Position numbers and translations under genes: made by a program
From: Candidatus Bathyarchaeia archaeon
Lineage (GTDB): Archaea > Thermoproteota > CALKCG01 > B24
DNA length: 32,000 nucleotides
NCBI GenBank assembly: GCA_038870975.1
Contig: JAVZJD010000001.1
Span: 129,926 to 161,925, forward strand
Reading direction: 5' to 3'
In this document: positions 8,617-17,882 of the stretch, piece by piece
Layout: the number at the start of each line of letters is the position of its first letter
Position numbering within the stretch: the stretch's first letter is position 1
Notes under the pieces: generated by a model
What the model saw: only the letters and a program-made list of their open reading frames with translations
Databases searched by the model: none
Told to the model about the DNA's origin: nothing

Positions 8617-11600
8617 ATGTATACGCAAGAAGATATGTGGCTTTTAATGAAAGCCTTTTTCTTGGAAAAAGGCTTAGTTAGACAGCATTTAGACTCCTAC
8701 AATGAATTTGTTGAGAAAGAGTTACAACAGATTGTAGATTCTATAGGTGGAGTTGAAATACCTATTAGTAATGGCAATCTCTATATTAAGTTTGGTGAAA
8801 TTAGCATAGGTAATCCAAGAGTTACAGAAGTCGACGGTTCATCCCATGAAGTTTATCCGCTTGAATGCAGACTTAGAAATCTTACTTATGCTGCACCCCT
8901 CTTCCTAGAAATGACGCCAATACTAAACGGTAAGACCATAACTACGGACACTGTTTACATTGGTGATTTGCCAGTCATGCTTAAATCTGAAATCTGTCCA
9001 TTAAGTAGAATGACTAGAGAAGAGCTTTTGGAAGTCGGTGAGGACCCAGACGACCCAGGCGGCTACTTTATAATAAACGGCTCTGAGAGACTTATTGTAG
9101 GTCTTGAGGATCTTGCTCCTAACAAGGTCATTGTAGACATTGATAGAAGTACTTCTAGGTTTGTCTATAGAGCTAAAGTTTTCTCTACAACCGTTGGCTT
9201 TAGAACAAGAGTTGAAATCAAACTCAAACCTGATGGAGCTATATACGTTTCAATACCTGGTGTGTCAGTAGAACTTCCATTTGTAGTTTTAATGAAGGCT
9301 CTTGGAGTTGAAAAAGACAGTGAAATCGCGGAAATGGTTTCGCCAGACCCCACGATTATAGAGCAACTTGAACCCTCATTTGATAAAGCTCCTAAAATTG
9401 ACACCACTGAAAAAGCCATAATTTTCATAGGAAACAAAATCGCCTATGGACAAGAGGAGGCGCGTAGGATACAGAGGGCTAATTCAATACTCGATAATAA
9501 CCTGTTTCTACATTTAGGCACATCTCCTGAATCTAGACTCATCAAAGCCAGATACATGGCTGAGATAGCTTGTAGACTTATAGAGCTTAAACTCGGCCTC
9601 AGAGCAGAGGATGATAAAGACCATTACGCCAATAAGCGTATTAGACTTTCAGGCCCCTTACTCGCAGACCTATTTAGATCCATATTTCGAGATATGATTA
9701 AGGATATGAGTTACCAACTTGAACGTCTATCCACTAAGAAGCTTGTAAACGAATCTATTAAATTAGCCATTAGACCCGGCATTCTAACGGAGAGGCTACA
9801 ACATGCTATCGCTACAGGCAACTGGGGGAGGAATAGAGTCGGCATCAGCCAACTTGTGGATAGAACGAATATACTTTCAACACTCAGCCATTTACGCAGA
9901 CTACAATCTCCATTAAGTAGAAGTCAACCAAACTTTGAAGCTAGAGAGTTGCATTCAACACATTTCGGGAGATTGTGTCCTGTTGAGACTCCAGAGGGCT
10001 CAAACTGTGGCCTTGTCAAGAACTTGGCTCTCATGGCTACTATATCCGTCTCGGCTGATGTAAGTACCGTTTCTAAGGTTTTAGAAGGTCTGGGATGTAT
10101 CCCGGTTGAAAATGCTGATAGGGAAACTCGTATTAAAGGTGTGAAAGTCTATGTTAATGGAACTTTAAGCTTCTACACTTTGAAGCCTGAAAAGCTTGTA
10201 AAAGATTTCATACGGTATAGACGTAGAGGGCGCGTAAGTACAGAGGTAAACATAGCATATCTTAAGGCTAAGAACGAAGTCCAAGTTAACTGTGATGCCG
10301 GTAGATGTAGGAGGCCTCTGATAGTAGTTGAAAATGGTGTTCCGCTCCTTAAACGCGAACATCTAAACAATTTGAAAAAAGGATTATTAAAATGGGAAGA
10401 CTTAGTAAAGATGGGTGTTATAGAGTATTTAGACGCTGAAGAAGAGGAGAACGCCTACATAGCCATGAGAATCGAAGACATTAAACCTGAAACCACTCAT
10501 TTAGAGATTTGTCCATACACCATGCTTGGGATTTGCGGTTCAATCATTCCTTTTGCTGAACATAATCATTCACCCAGAAACAGCTACGAAGCAGCTATGG
10601 CAAAACAAGCCATAGGTGTATATGCAATAAACTACTTTCTGAGGATGGATTCTAGAGCACACTTTCTACATTATCCTCAGAGACCCCTAGTGGAGACTAA
10701 GTCTATGGAAATTATGGGCTTCCATAAAAGACCAACTGGCCAGAATATGGTGGTTGCCATCTTGACAATGGGTGGATACAATATGGAGGATGCTATAATA
10801 TTCAATAAACATTCTATAGAGAGGGGATTAGCAAGGTCTTCATTCTTTCAACTCTATGAAGCCGAGTGCTACCAGTACATGGGAGGGGAGAAAGATACAA
10901 TAGAAATACCATCTAGCGGAATGAGAGGCTACATGGGTGAGGAATACTATAGGGTTTTAGAGGAGGATGGAATGGCTAGCGTTGAAAGTGAAGTCCAAGG
11001 TGGTGATGTCCTAATTGGTAGGACAAGCCCACCTAGATTCATAGAGGAGTATAGAGAGTTAGAAGCTAAAGGACCGTCTAGAAGAGATACCTCAGTAACG
11101 TTACGACCCTCTACACGAGGAATTGTAGACACTGTTATACTAACTGAAAATTCTCAGGGCAATAGAATAGTTAAAGTGAAAGTTAGAAGCAATAGGGTAC
11201 CCGAGATAGGGGATAAGTTTGCTTCTAGACATGGCCAGAAAGGTGTCATAGGAATGATATACCCATCTGAAGATATGCCTTTCACAGAAGATGGGGTTGT
11301 CCCCGACGTTATCATAAATCCGCATGCTTTTCCATCTAGGATGACTGTAGGTCAGCTTTTAGAGTCATTATTCGGTAAAGCTGCCGCTCTCACAGGTAGA
11401 CCCATAGACGGTTCTGCATTCCAAGAGGAAAAAGTTGAAGATGTTGAATCTGTGTTGAAACGTTATGGATTCGAGCCTACAGGCAAAGAAATCATGTACA
11501 GTGGGTTAACTGGTGAAAAACTCGAGGCTAAGGTATACATAGGTATTGTCTATTACCAAAGACTACACCATATGGTAGCCGATAAAATCCATGCTAGAGC

Positions 11601-11946
11601 TAGAGGACAAGTTCAAATGCTCACAAGACAACCAACAGAAGGTAGAGCGAGGGGGGGTGGATTGAGATTTGGAGAAATGGAGAGAGATTGTTTAATAGGC
11701 TATGGTGCTGCAATGCTCATTAAAGATAGAATGTTAGAGGAATCGGATAAATTTACGGCATATGTTTGCGGAAAATGTGGACTTTTAGCCTACTATGACT
11801 CTAAGACCAGTAGGTATATTTGTAGGATCTGCGGAGATGACGCTAAAATCTATCCAATAGTTATGCCCTACGCATTCAAACTTCTCCTTCAGGAGCTTAT
11901 GAGTATGTGCGTTGCTCCTCGGATCGTAGTAGAGGAGGGGATTTAA
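8617..11946 (+). CDS. rpoB: DNA-directed RNA polymerase subunit B (Rpo2), unsplit
   Basis: 1109 aa with GRLCPVETPEGSNCGLVKNLA, FASRHGQKGV, GEMERDCLIGYGAA and the C-terminal zinc ribbon CGKCG...CRICG. AGGTGG SD lies 5 nt upstream. Confidence 0.97.
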   Translation: MYTQEDMWLLMKAFFLEKGLVRQHLDSYNEFVEKELQQIVDSIGGVEIPISNGNLYIKFGEISIGNPRVTEVDGSSHEVYPLECRLRNLTYAAPLFLEMTPILNGKTITTDTVYIGDLPVMLKSEICPLSRMTREELLEVGEDPDDPGGYFIINGSERLIVGLEDLAPNKVIVDIDRSTSRFVYRAKVFSTTVGFRTRVEIKLKPDGAIYVSIPGVSVELPFVVLMKALGVEKDSEIAEMVSPDPTIIEQLEPSFDKAPKIDTTEKAIIFIGNKIAYGQEEARRIQRANSILDNNLFLHLGTSPESRLIKARYMAEIACRLIELKLGLRAEDDKDHYANKRIRLSGPLLADLFRSIFRDMIKDMSYQLERLSTKKLVNESIKLAIRPGILTERLQHAIATGNWGRNRVGISQLVDRTNILSTLSHLRRLQSPLSRSQPNFEARELHSTHFGRLCPVETPEGSNCGLVKNLALMATISVSADVSTVSKVLEGLGCIPVENADRETRIKGVKVYVNGTLSFYTLKPEKLVKDFIRYRRRGRVSTEVNIAYLKAKNEVQVNCDAGRCRRPLIVVENGVPLLKREHLNNLKKGLLKWEDLVKMGVIEYLDAEEEENAYIAMRIEDIKPETTHLEICPYTMLGICGSIIPFAEHNHSPRNSYEAAMAKQAIGVYAINYFLRMDSRAHFLHYPQRPLVETKSMEIMGFHKRPTGQNMVVAILTMGGYNMEDAIIFNKHSIERGLARSSFFQLYEAECYQYMGGEKDTIEIPSSGMRGYMGEEYYRVLEEDGMASVESEVQGGDVLIGRTSPPRFIEEYRELEAKGPSRRDTSVTLRPSTRGIVDTVILTENSQGNRIVKVKVRSNRVPEIGDKFASRHGQKGVIGMIYPSEDMPFTEDGVVPDVIINPHAFPSRMTVGQLLESLFGKAAALTGRPIDGSAFQEEKVEDVESVLKRYGFEPTGKEIMYSGLTGEKLEAKVYIGIVYYQRLHHMVADKIHARARGQVQMLTRQPTEGRARGGGLRFGEMERDCLIGYGAAMLIKDRMLEESDKFTAYVCGKCGLLAYYDSKTSRYICRICGDDAKIYPIVMPYAFKLLLQELMSMCVAPRIVVEEGI

Positions 11947-11947
11947 C

Positions 11948-14900
11948 ATGATTTTAGAGGCTTATAAAAACGTAAGTGGAATAAAATTCGGTCTATTATC
12001 ACCACATGAAATTAGGAAAATGTCTGTTGTGGAGATTCGGACAGCTGACACATATGATGAGGATGGTTTACCCATCCCAACTGGACTTATGGATAGCAGA
12101 CTCGGCACTTTAGAACCTAGGCAGAAATGTGCAACATGTGGAAATACCGCAGCCTCATGTCCTGGGCATTTTGGCCATATTGAACTTGCAGTCCCCATAA
12201 TTCACGTCGGTTTTGTAAAGTATATTCAAGAACTTCTAACGATAACCTGTAGAGAATGCGGTAGAATCCTTATACCAATGGAGAAGATCGAAGAATTCCA
12301 GGGTAAAATAGAGCAACTTAAGAAGACAATGGGAGAAATCCCAAAAGATTTTTCCGATAGCATTAAAAAAGAGGCTAGGAAGAGGTCAGAGTGCCCTCAC
12401 TGTGGGGCTACACAGTACCGTATAGAGCTCGTAAAACCCACTTCTTTTTATGAATATCCAATAGAAGGAGGAGCTGTAAGACTTGACCCAGGCGTCATAA
12501 GAAGTAGACTTGAAAGGATACCTGACGAGGATCTTAAACTCTTAGGGTATGATCCATCCTTAGCACGACCAGAATGGGCGATCCTCCAAGTGCTTCCAGT
12601 TCCACCTGTCTATGTTAGACCATCTATAACGCTTGAGACAGGCATAAGATCAGAGGATGATTTAACGCATAAACTTGTGGACATCATACGTATAAATGAA
12701 AGGCTTAAAGAGGCTATTTCAAGTGGAGCGCCTACCGTTATAAGGGAGGAGCTCTCAGACCTTCTCCAATACCATGTAACTACTTACATAGATAATGAAA
12801 CTTCGGGAATCCCTCCATCTAGGCATAGGTCTGGTAGAGCACTTAAAACTTTAAGTCAGAGGCTCAAGGGAAAAGAGGGGAGGTTTAGACTAAACCTCAC
12901 TGGTAAAAGAGTTGATTTCTCAGCTAGAACTGTCATATCTCCCGACCCATGCTTAAGTATAGACGAAGTGGGGGTTCCAATAGATATAGCCAAGAAGCTC
13001 ACAGTTTCAGAAAGAGTTACTCCTTGGAATATAGAAGAAATGAAGAAGCTTGTCATTAACGGTCCAGATAACTATCCTGGAGCATTATACGTAATTAGAC
13101 CTGACGGAAGGAAAATTAGACTCGATTTCGTAACTGATAGAAGCAAGTTGGCAGATGAGCTTCAAGTCGGCTATATTATTGAACGACATATCAGGGATGG
13201 CGATATTGCATTATTCAACCGACAGCCATCACTTCATAGAATATCGATAATGGCTCATAGAGTTAAAGTTCTACCTTACAAGACGTTTAGACTTCACTTA
13301 GCGGTATGCATACCATACAACGCTGACTTCGACGGAGATGAGATGAATCTTCATATCCCTCAGAGTGAAGAAGCCAGATCTGAAGCGCGTTTACTCATGC
13401 AAGTTCAAGATCAAATAATATCACCAAGATATGGGGCGCCTATAATAGGCTCAACTAGAGATTTTCTGACAGCGGCGTATCTTCTTACCCAGAGAGATAC
13501 GTATGTCAACAGGGAGCAGCTTTATACTCTTCTAGCTGCCATAGATTATGATGGTGAGATACCACCACCAGCTAAGAAAGAACCAGAACCACTGTGGAGT
13601 GGAAAACAAGTCTTCAGCTTACTTCTACCTAAGGATTTTAACTACTTTGGAAAAGCGGCTGTGTGTAAGCATAAGCATACATCTCCAGATGAAGACTGCC
13701 CACTAGAGGGTGTAGTTGTCGTCAGGAATGGGCAATTGATTAAGGGGGTTATAGATAAGAACTCCATAGGAGCTGAAAAAGCTGAGACATTGTATCATAG
13801 GATAGTTAGAGATTACGGCACGGCTTTTGCAGCCGATTTTCTGAATAAACTATGCCGACTGCTGAACACTTTTATAACGATTAGAGGATTTAGCTTTTCT
13901 CTAGATGAACTTAGTTTACCCGACGATGCTAAGGAAGCTATACGGCAAGTTATAGAAGAGGCTGAAGAAGCGGTTCACCAGTTAATAAGTGAATATCGGA
14001 AAGGCACGTTAAGGAGGATACCTGGAAAGACTCTGGAGGAATCTCTTGAAATACTTATAATGAACGAACTTTCTAAAGCTAGAGACCGTTGCGATGAGAT
14101 AGCTTCATCTTCATTAAGTTTAGACAATCAAGGCATAATTATGGTTAAATGCGGGGCGAGAGGCTCAGAACTTAATATTGGCCATATGACTGCCTGTCTT
14201 AGCCAACAGTCAGTGAGAGGAAGGAGAATCCCATGTGGATTAATTGAAAGAGCCCTACCCCACTTTAAGTGGGGTGATCAAAGCCCAAGAGCCAGAGGAT
14301 TTATAGCGTCATCTTTCTATAAAGGTTTATCCCCAATAGAGTTCTTCTTCCACTCTATGGCGGGTAGGGAGGGATTAATCGACACAGCCGTTAGAACTCA
14401 GCAGAGTGGTTATATGCAGAGAAGACTTATTCATGCGCTAGAATTTCTGAGGGTTGAGTACGATGGGACTGTTAGAACAACAGATGGGGAAATAATACAA
14501 TTTAAGTATGGTGAAGATGGGGTAGATCCATCTAAGAGCGACCATGGTAAAGCTGTAAACCTGCAACGTCTCTTGGAAAGAATGAATATCAAAGAGGGGG
14601 TTGCTCCTCTTAAACTTAGCGAGATTAATGAGATTTTAAATAGATATCGTAGTAGACTTACGCATTTCTACATTTCCAGTCTCAGAAAGCTGATACGCGA
14701 TAAGCACTTAACCAGAGAAGACGCTATTAGACTCGTAGAAGCTACTGTAGAAGAATTCGAAAAGTCTCAAGTAGACCCTGGAGAAGCGGTTGGAGTTGTA
14801 GCTGCTCAATCTATAGGTGAACCAGGTACTCAAATGACTCTTAGAGTGTTCCACTTTGCGGGTGTCAGAGAAAGAGATGTAACTCTAGGGCTACCTAGGC

Positions 14901-15778
14901 TTCTTGAAATTGTTGACGCTAGGAAAAATCCTTCAACTCCAATAATGACGATAAGGCTCGATGAAGAACACAGAGCTGATAGAGATAAAGCTTTAAAAGT
15001 AGCCCAATCTCTCACCTATACTACTATAGGCGACTTAACGGCTAAAGGAGAATATAGAATAGACTTGGAAGAGGGGGTCATCAGGATTAAAATAGATAGG
15101 TCTATCATGGAAAACAGAGGGGTAACAGTCGAAGACTTGGAGAATTTAACAGTTGCTAATGCGACGTTAGAATTTTCCGGCGATGAACTCATAATTAAAC
15201 CCAAATCCACAACGGATATTTTATGGCTAAAGAGACTTATTAGTAGAGTTATGAAACTTGGTGTAAAAGGAATACCGGGAATAAATAGAGTGCAAGTTGT
15301 TATGGAAGGTGATGAGTGGGTTATCCAAGCAGATGGGTCAAACCTGAGCAGAGTTATCCAAGTTCCGGGCGTAGATCCAGCTAGGACATTAACTAATAAT
15401 ATATATGAAATCTATGAGACGCTAGGTATCGAAGCCGCAAGAAATGCAATTATAAGGGAGGCTAAGGATGTTTTCGAAGGTATAGGTGGTGGTTTAGACC
15501 TTGACATTAGACATCTCATGCTTGTAGCAGACGTCATGACAGCTACAGGTAGGATACGTCAAGTTGGTAGACACGGTGTAACTGGCGAAAAATCGAGTGC
15601 ACTGGCTAGAGCAGCGTTTGAAATAACTGTTTCAAGTATTATAGATGCCGCAGTGAGAGGTGCTGAAGACACACTTAAAGGTGTTACGGAGAATATTATA
15701 GCTGGGCAAAATATGAAAGTCGGAACGGGAATAGTGGATATTTATATGACCCCAAACCCGCCTCCGGGTGGTGAGTGA
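11948..15778 (+). CDS. rpoA: DNA-directed RNA polymerase subunit A (Rpo1), A' and A'' portions encoded as one continuous ORF
   Basis: 1276 aa with the N-terminal zinc site CATCGN...CPGHFGHIEL, the catalytic NADFDGDEMN, the YGEDGVDP block (normally near the end of A') and PGEAVGVVAAQSIGEPGTQMTLRVFHFAG (normally in A''), all in one frame without a stop. GAGGAGGGG SD precedes the ATG. Confidence 0.97.
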   Translation: MILEAYKNVSGIKFGLLSPHEIRKMSVVEIRTADTYDEDGLPIPTGLMDSRLGTLEPRQKCATCGNTAASCPGHFGHIELAVPIIHVGFVKYIQELLTITCRECGRILIPMEKIEEFQGKIEQLKKTMGEIPKDFSDSIKKEARKRSECPHCGATQYRIELVKPTSFYEYPIEGGAVRLDPGVIRSRLERIPDEDLKLLGYDPSLARPEWAILQVLPVPPVYVRPSITLETGIRSEDDLTHKLVDIIRINERLKEAISSGAPTVIREELSDLLQYHVTTYIDNETSGIPPSRHRSGRALKTLSQRLKGKEGRFRLNLTGKRVDFSARTVISPDPCLSIDEVGVPIDIAKKLTVSERVTPWNIEEMKKLVINGPDNYPGALYVIRPDGRKIRLDFVTDRSKLADELQVGYIIERHIRDGDIALFNRQPSLHRISIMAHRVKVLPYKTFRLHLAVCIPYNADFDGDEMNLHIPQSEEARSEARLLMQVQDQIISPRYGAPIIGSTRDFLTAAYLLTQRDTYVNREQLYTLLAAIDYDGEIPPPAKKEPEPLWSGKQVFSLLLPKDFNYFGKAAVCKHKHTSPDEDCPLEGVVVVRNGQLIKGVIDKNSIGAEKAETLYHRIVRDYGTAFAADFLNKLCRLLNTFITIRGFSFSLDELSLPDDAKEAIRQVIEEAEEAVHQLISEYRKGTLRRIPGKTLEESLEILIMNELSKARDRCDEIASSSLSLDNQGIIMVKCGARGSELNIGHMTACLSQQSVRGRRIPCGLIERALPHFKWGDQSPRARGFIASSFYKGLSPIEFFFHSMAGREGLIDTAVRTQQSGYMQRRLIHALEFLRVEYDGTVRTTDGEIIQFKYGEDGVDPSKSDHGKAVNLQRLLERMNIKEGVAPLKLSEINEILNRYRSRLTHFYISSLRKLIRDKHLTREDAIRLVEATVEEFEKSQVDPGEAVGVVAAQSIGEPGTQMTLRVFHFAGVRERDVTLGLPRLLEIVDARKNPSTPIMTIRLDEEHRADRDKALKVAQSLTYTTIGDLTAKGEYRIDLEEGVIRIKIDRSIMENRGVTVEDLENLTVANATLEFSGDELIIKPKSTTDILWLKRLISRVMKLGVKGIPGINRVQVVMEGDEWVIQADGSNLSRVIQVPGVDPARTLTNNIYEIYETLGIEAARNAIIREAKDVFEGIGGGLDLDIRHLMLVADVMTATGRIRQVGRHGVTGEKSSALARAAFEITVSSIIDAAVRGAEDTLKGVTENIIAGQNMKVGTGIVDIYMTPNPPPGGE

Positions 15779-16088
15779 AACGATAAACGTAGATAAAGCC
15801 ATATATAGTGCTGTAAAAACGGGGAAAGTTGTATTAGGCTCTAAGAGGACGCTTAATCTTCTCAAGATGGGGAAAACTAAACTCGTTGTGGTCGCATCGA
15901 ATATTCCAAAAGATTTAAGAGAAGTTATTGATTACTATACTAAGCTGACGTCAATACCAGTTTACACGTATAAAGGCACTAGCATAGAATTGGGACGCTT
16001 ATGTGGTAAGCCGTTCCCCATCATGATGATCGCCGTTAGAGACCCGGGAGATTCAAATATAATGGAGTTGGTGAAGCATGAAGAGTGA
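15768..16088 (+). CDS. rpl30e: 50S ribosomal protein L30e (eL30)
   Basis: 106 aa with AVKTGKVVLGSKRTLNLLKMGKTKLVVVASNIP...LGRLCGKPF, the L30e/L7Ae-fold signature. The GTG start overlaps the last codons of rpoA. Position is conserved after rpoA. Confidence 0.9.
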   Translation: MVSETINVDKAIYSAVKTGKVVLGSKRTLNLLKMGKTKLVVVASNIPKDLREVIDYYTKLTSIPVYTYKGTSIELGRLCGKPFPIMMIAVRDPGDSNIMELVKHEE

Positions 16089-16518
16089 TAGTATTAGACT
16101 TACGGCTGAGGAAATGGGCCTAATAAACGTAGTTGAAAGTTTAACCGGAGCTAAGTGTAGAGATTGTCTGATAGATTCTAGTAACGGTAAAGTCACGTTT
16201 ATAGTTGAAGAAGGGGACTTAAGACTTGCTTTAGGTAAGAAGGGTTCCAACGTTAGACTCCTACGGAGACTTCTTAAACGTGACGTAGAGTTTATAGAGT
16301 ATTCTTCAATCCCCGAAGTTTTCATAGCTAAATCACTTACACCTGCTAGAATTAGAGAAGTCAGAATAACAGAGAAGCCTAACGGTGAGAAATTGGCGGT
16401 AATAACCGTTGAGCCTAAGGATAAGGGTCTCGCCATAGGTAAAAACGGTAGAGTTATAGAGAGAACTAGAAAGTTGGCTCGGCGGTACTTCAACATAAGC
16501 CATGTTATAGTGGTGTAG
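16078..16518 (+). CDS. nusA: archaeal NusA-like transcription termination/elongation factor (two KH domains)
   Basis: 146 aa with two GxxG KH motifs (LGKKGSNV and IGKNGRVIE). The ATG overlaps the L30e stop, and GGTGA lies upstream. Position is conserved between rpl30e and rps12. Confidence 0.85.
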   Translation: MKSDSIRLTAEEMGLINVVESLTGAKCRDCLIDSSNGKVTFIVEEGDLRLALGKKGSNVRLLRRLLKRDVEFIEYSSIPEVFIAKSLTPARIREVRITEKPNGEKLAVITVEPKDKGLAIGKNGRVIERTRKLARRYFNISHVIVV

Positions 16519-16595
16519 GCGAGCGATTAATCTAAACCCAACCGCAATATTCTATCGGCTTCTCCTTTAAAGTCGAATTGGAAAACCAATAAGGA

Positions 16596-16613
16596 CATTT
16601 AAACTTTAAATAG
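16596..16613 (+). promoter_or_regulatory. candidate internal TATA box ahead of rps12-rps7
   Basis: CATTTAAACTTTAAATAG lies in the 110-nt nusA-rps12 spacer. Its centre is 23 nt before ATG 16628 and 35 nt before ATG 16640. This is consistent with a leaderless or very short-leader rps12 mRNA. Confidence 0.35.
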
Positions 16614-16627
16614 TTGTTAAAGTAGTT

Positions 16628-17065
16628 ATGCTATTCGCTATGCCTGGTGAATTCGCCGCTAGATCGCTTAAAAAGAGGAGGAAAAAGTTTAGGTGGAGCT
16701 ATAGGTATTATAAGCGTAAAATGCTTGGTTTAGATATAAAAGCAGACCCTCTTGAAGGGGCACCTATGGCAAGAGGCATAGTACTTGAAAAAGTAGGAGT
16801 CGAATCTAAGCAACCAAACTCGGCTATAAGAAAATGTGTCCGTGTCCAGCTTATAAAAAATGGGCGCGTTGTAACCGCTTTCTTACCCGGTGATGGAGCC
16901 TTAAACTTCGTAGATGAGCATGATGAGGTTTTAATTGAGAGCATCGGAGGCACGAGAGGTAGATCCATGGGCGACATACCGGGTGTTAGATTTAAAGTTA
17001 TAGCTGTTAATGGTGTTCCTCTAAATAGGCTTATAATTGGTAAGGCGCAAAAACCGACTAGGTGA
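16628..17065 (+). CDS. rps12: 30S ribosomal protein S12 (uS12)
   Basis: [52 protein letters not shown]...[14 protein letters not shown] is near-invariant archaeal S12. The second ATG at 16640 ([12 protein letters not shown]...) is an equally plausible start. Confidence 0.95.
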   Translation: MLFAMPGEFAARSLKKRRKKFRWSYRYYKRKMLGLDIKADPLEGAPMARGIVLEKVGVESKQPNSAIRKCVRVQLIKNGRVVTAFLPGDGALNFVDEHDEVLIESIGGTRGRSMGDIPGVRFKVIAVNGVPLNRLIIGKAQKPTR

Positions 17066-17082
17066 TATTGGGAGGGGAGGCG

Positions 17083-17652
17083 ATGCCTGAAGAGGTCAGA
17101 CTTTTCGGAAAATGGCCATATGATGGTATTGAAGTTAAAGACCCGAGTCTTAAATCGTACATATGCCTTAAACCAGTCCTATACCCTAGAACTGGTGGTC
17201 GACATGCACGTAAATCGTTTGCACGGATAAATACTCCCATCGTTGAGAGACTTGCAAATCAACTTATGCGTCCTGGTGAGAACGGCGGTTTGAAAGCGAA
17301 AGCTTTAAACATTGTGAGAAATGCATTTGAAATAATTAATCTTAAGACTGGAGAGAACCCACTTCAAGTTCTTATCAAAGCTTTAGAGAATGCCGCTCCC
17401 TGTGAAGACGTTACACGCGTTGCCTATGGAGGTATAGTGTATCATAGAGCCGTCGATGTAGCTCCCTCTAGAAGGCTAGACTTAGCTTTAAGATCCATCG
17501 TGGACGGCGCTAGACTCAAAGCCTTTAGTAATCCTAAAACAATAGATGAGTGTTTAGCCGATGAGATAATAAACGCAGCTGAAGGTTCACAAGACTCATA
17601 CGCAATACAGCGTAAAGATGAGCTTGAACGGATAGCATTAGCGTCAAGGTAG
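17083..17652 (+). CDS. rps7: 30S ribosomal protein S7 (uS7)
   Basis: MPEEVRLFGKWPYDGIEVKDPSLKSYI...NAAPCEDVTRVAYGGIVYHRAVDVAPSRRLDLALR is the archaeal S7 signature. I prefer ATG 17083, which follows GGAGGGGAGG, over the track's GTG at 17062, which overlaps the rps12 stop. Confidence 0.93.
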   Translation: MPEEVRLFGKWPYDGIEVKDPSLKSYICLKPVLYPRTGGRHARKSFARINTPIVERLANQLMRPGENGGLKAKALNIVRNAFEIINLKTGENPLQVLIKALENAAPCEDVTRVAYGGIVYHRAVDVAPSRRLDLALRSIVDGARLKAFSNPKTIDECLADEIINAAEGSQDSYAIQRKDELERIALASR

Positions 17653-17688
17653 TATGTCTTCAACTTTCTAACCCTCAGCGAAAGAAAA

Positions 17689-17710
17689 TTCTCAAATGTA
17701 TTTTTGAGAA
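17689..17710. terminator. hairpin plus T-tract just after rps7 (candidate end of the RNAP/r-protein transcription unit)
   Basis: TTCTCAAA (17689-17696) is the perfect reverse complement of TTTGAGAA (17703-17710) with a 6-nt loop. The 3' arm overlaps a T5 run (17701-17705), 37 nt after the rps7 stop. Archaeal termination commonly uses oligo-T tracts. Confidence 0.35.
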
Positions 17711-17882
17711 ACACCAAGTAGATAGTCTAAAGAAAGGATTAGAAGCGAAAACCTCAGACTGAACACATAAGCTAAAACTATTACAACCTCTTGGTAAAGC
17801 CCTCCAACAAAATCCCCATTTTTCCCTCTTAAGCCTCTTCTTAGAGGATGTCTGTTTGAGGCTTTATTTCTATTCCATGTAA

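Noticed and set aside
9165-15865. Numerous 60-90-aa minus-strand ORFs within rpoB and rpoA (for example 9165-9437, 10165-10370, 11962-12198, 14830-15210, 15632-15865)
   Set aside because: All are embedded antisense in the RNA polymerase genes, with no motifs and no upstream signals.
16053-16496. 147-aa minus-strand ORF spanning the whole nusA gene
   Set aside because: The plus-strand product has two clear KH GxxG motifs and conserved operon position. The antisense product is L/S-rich with no motif.
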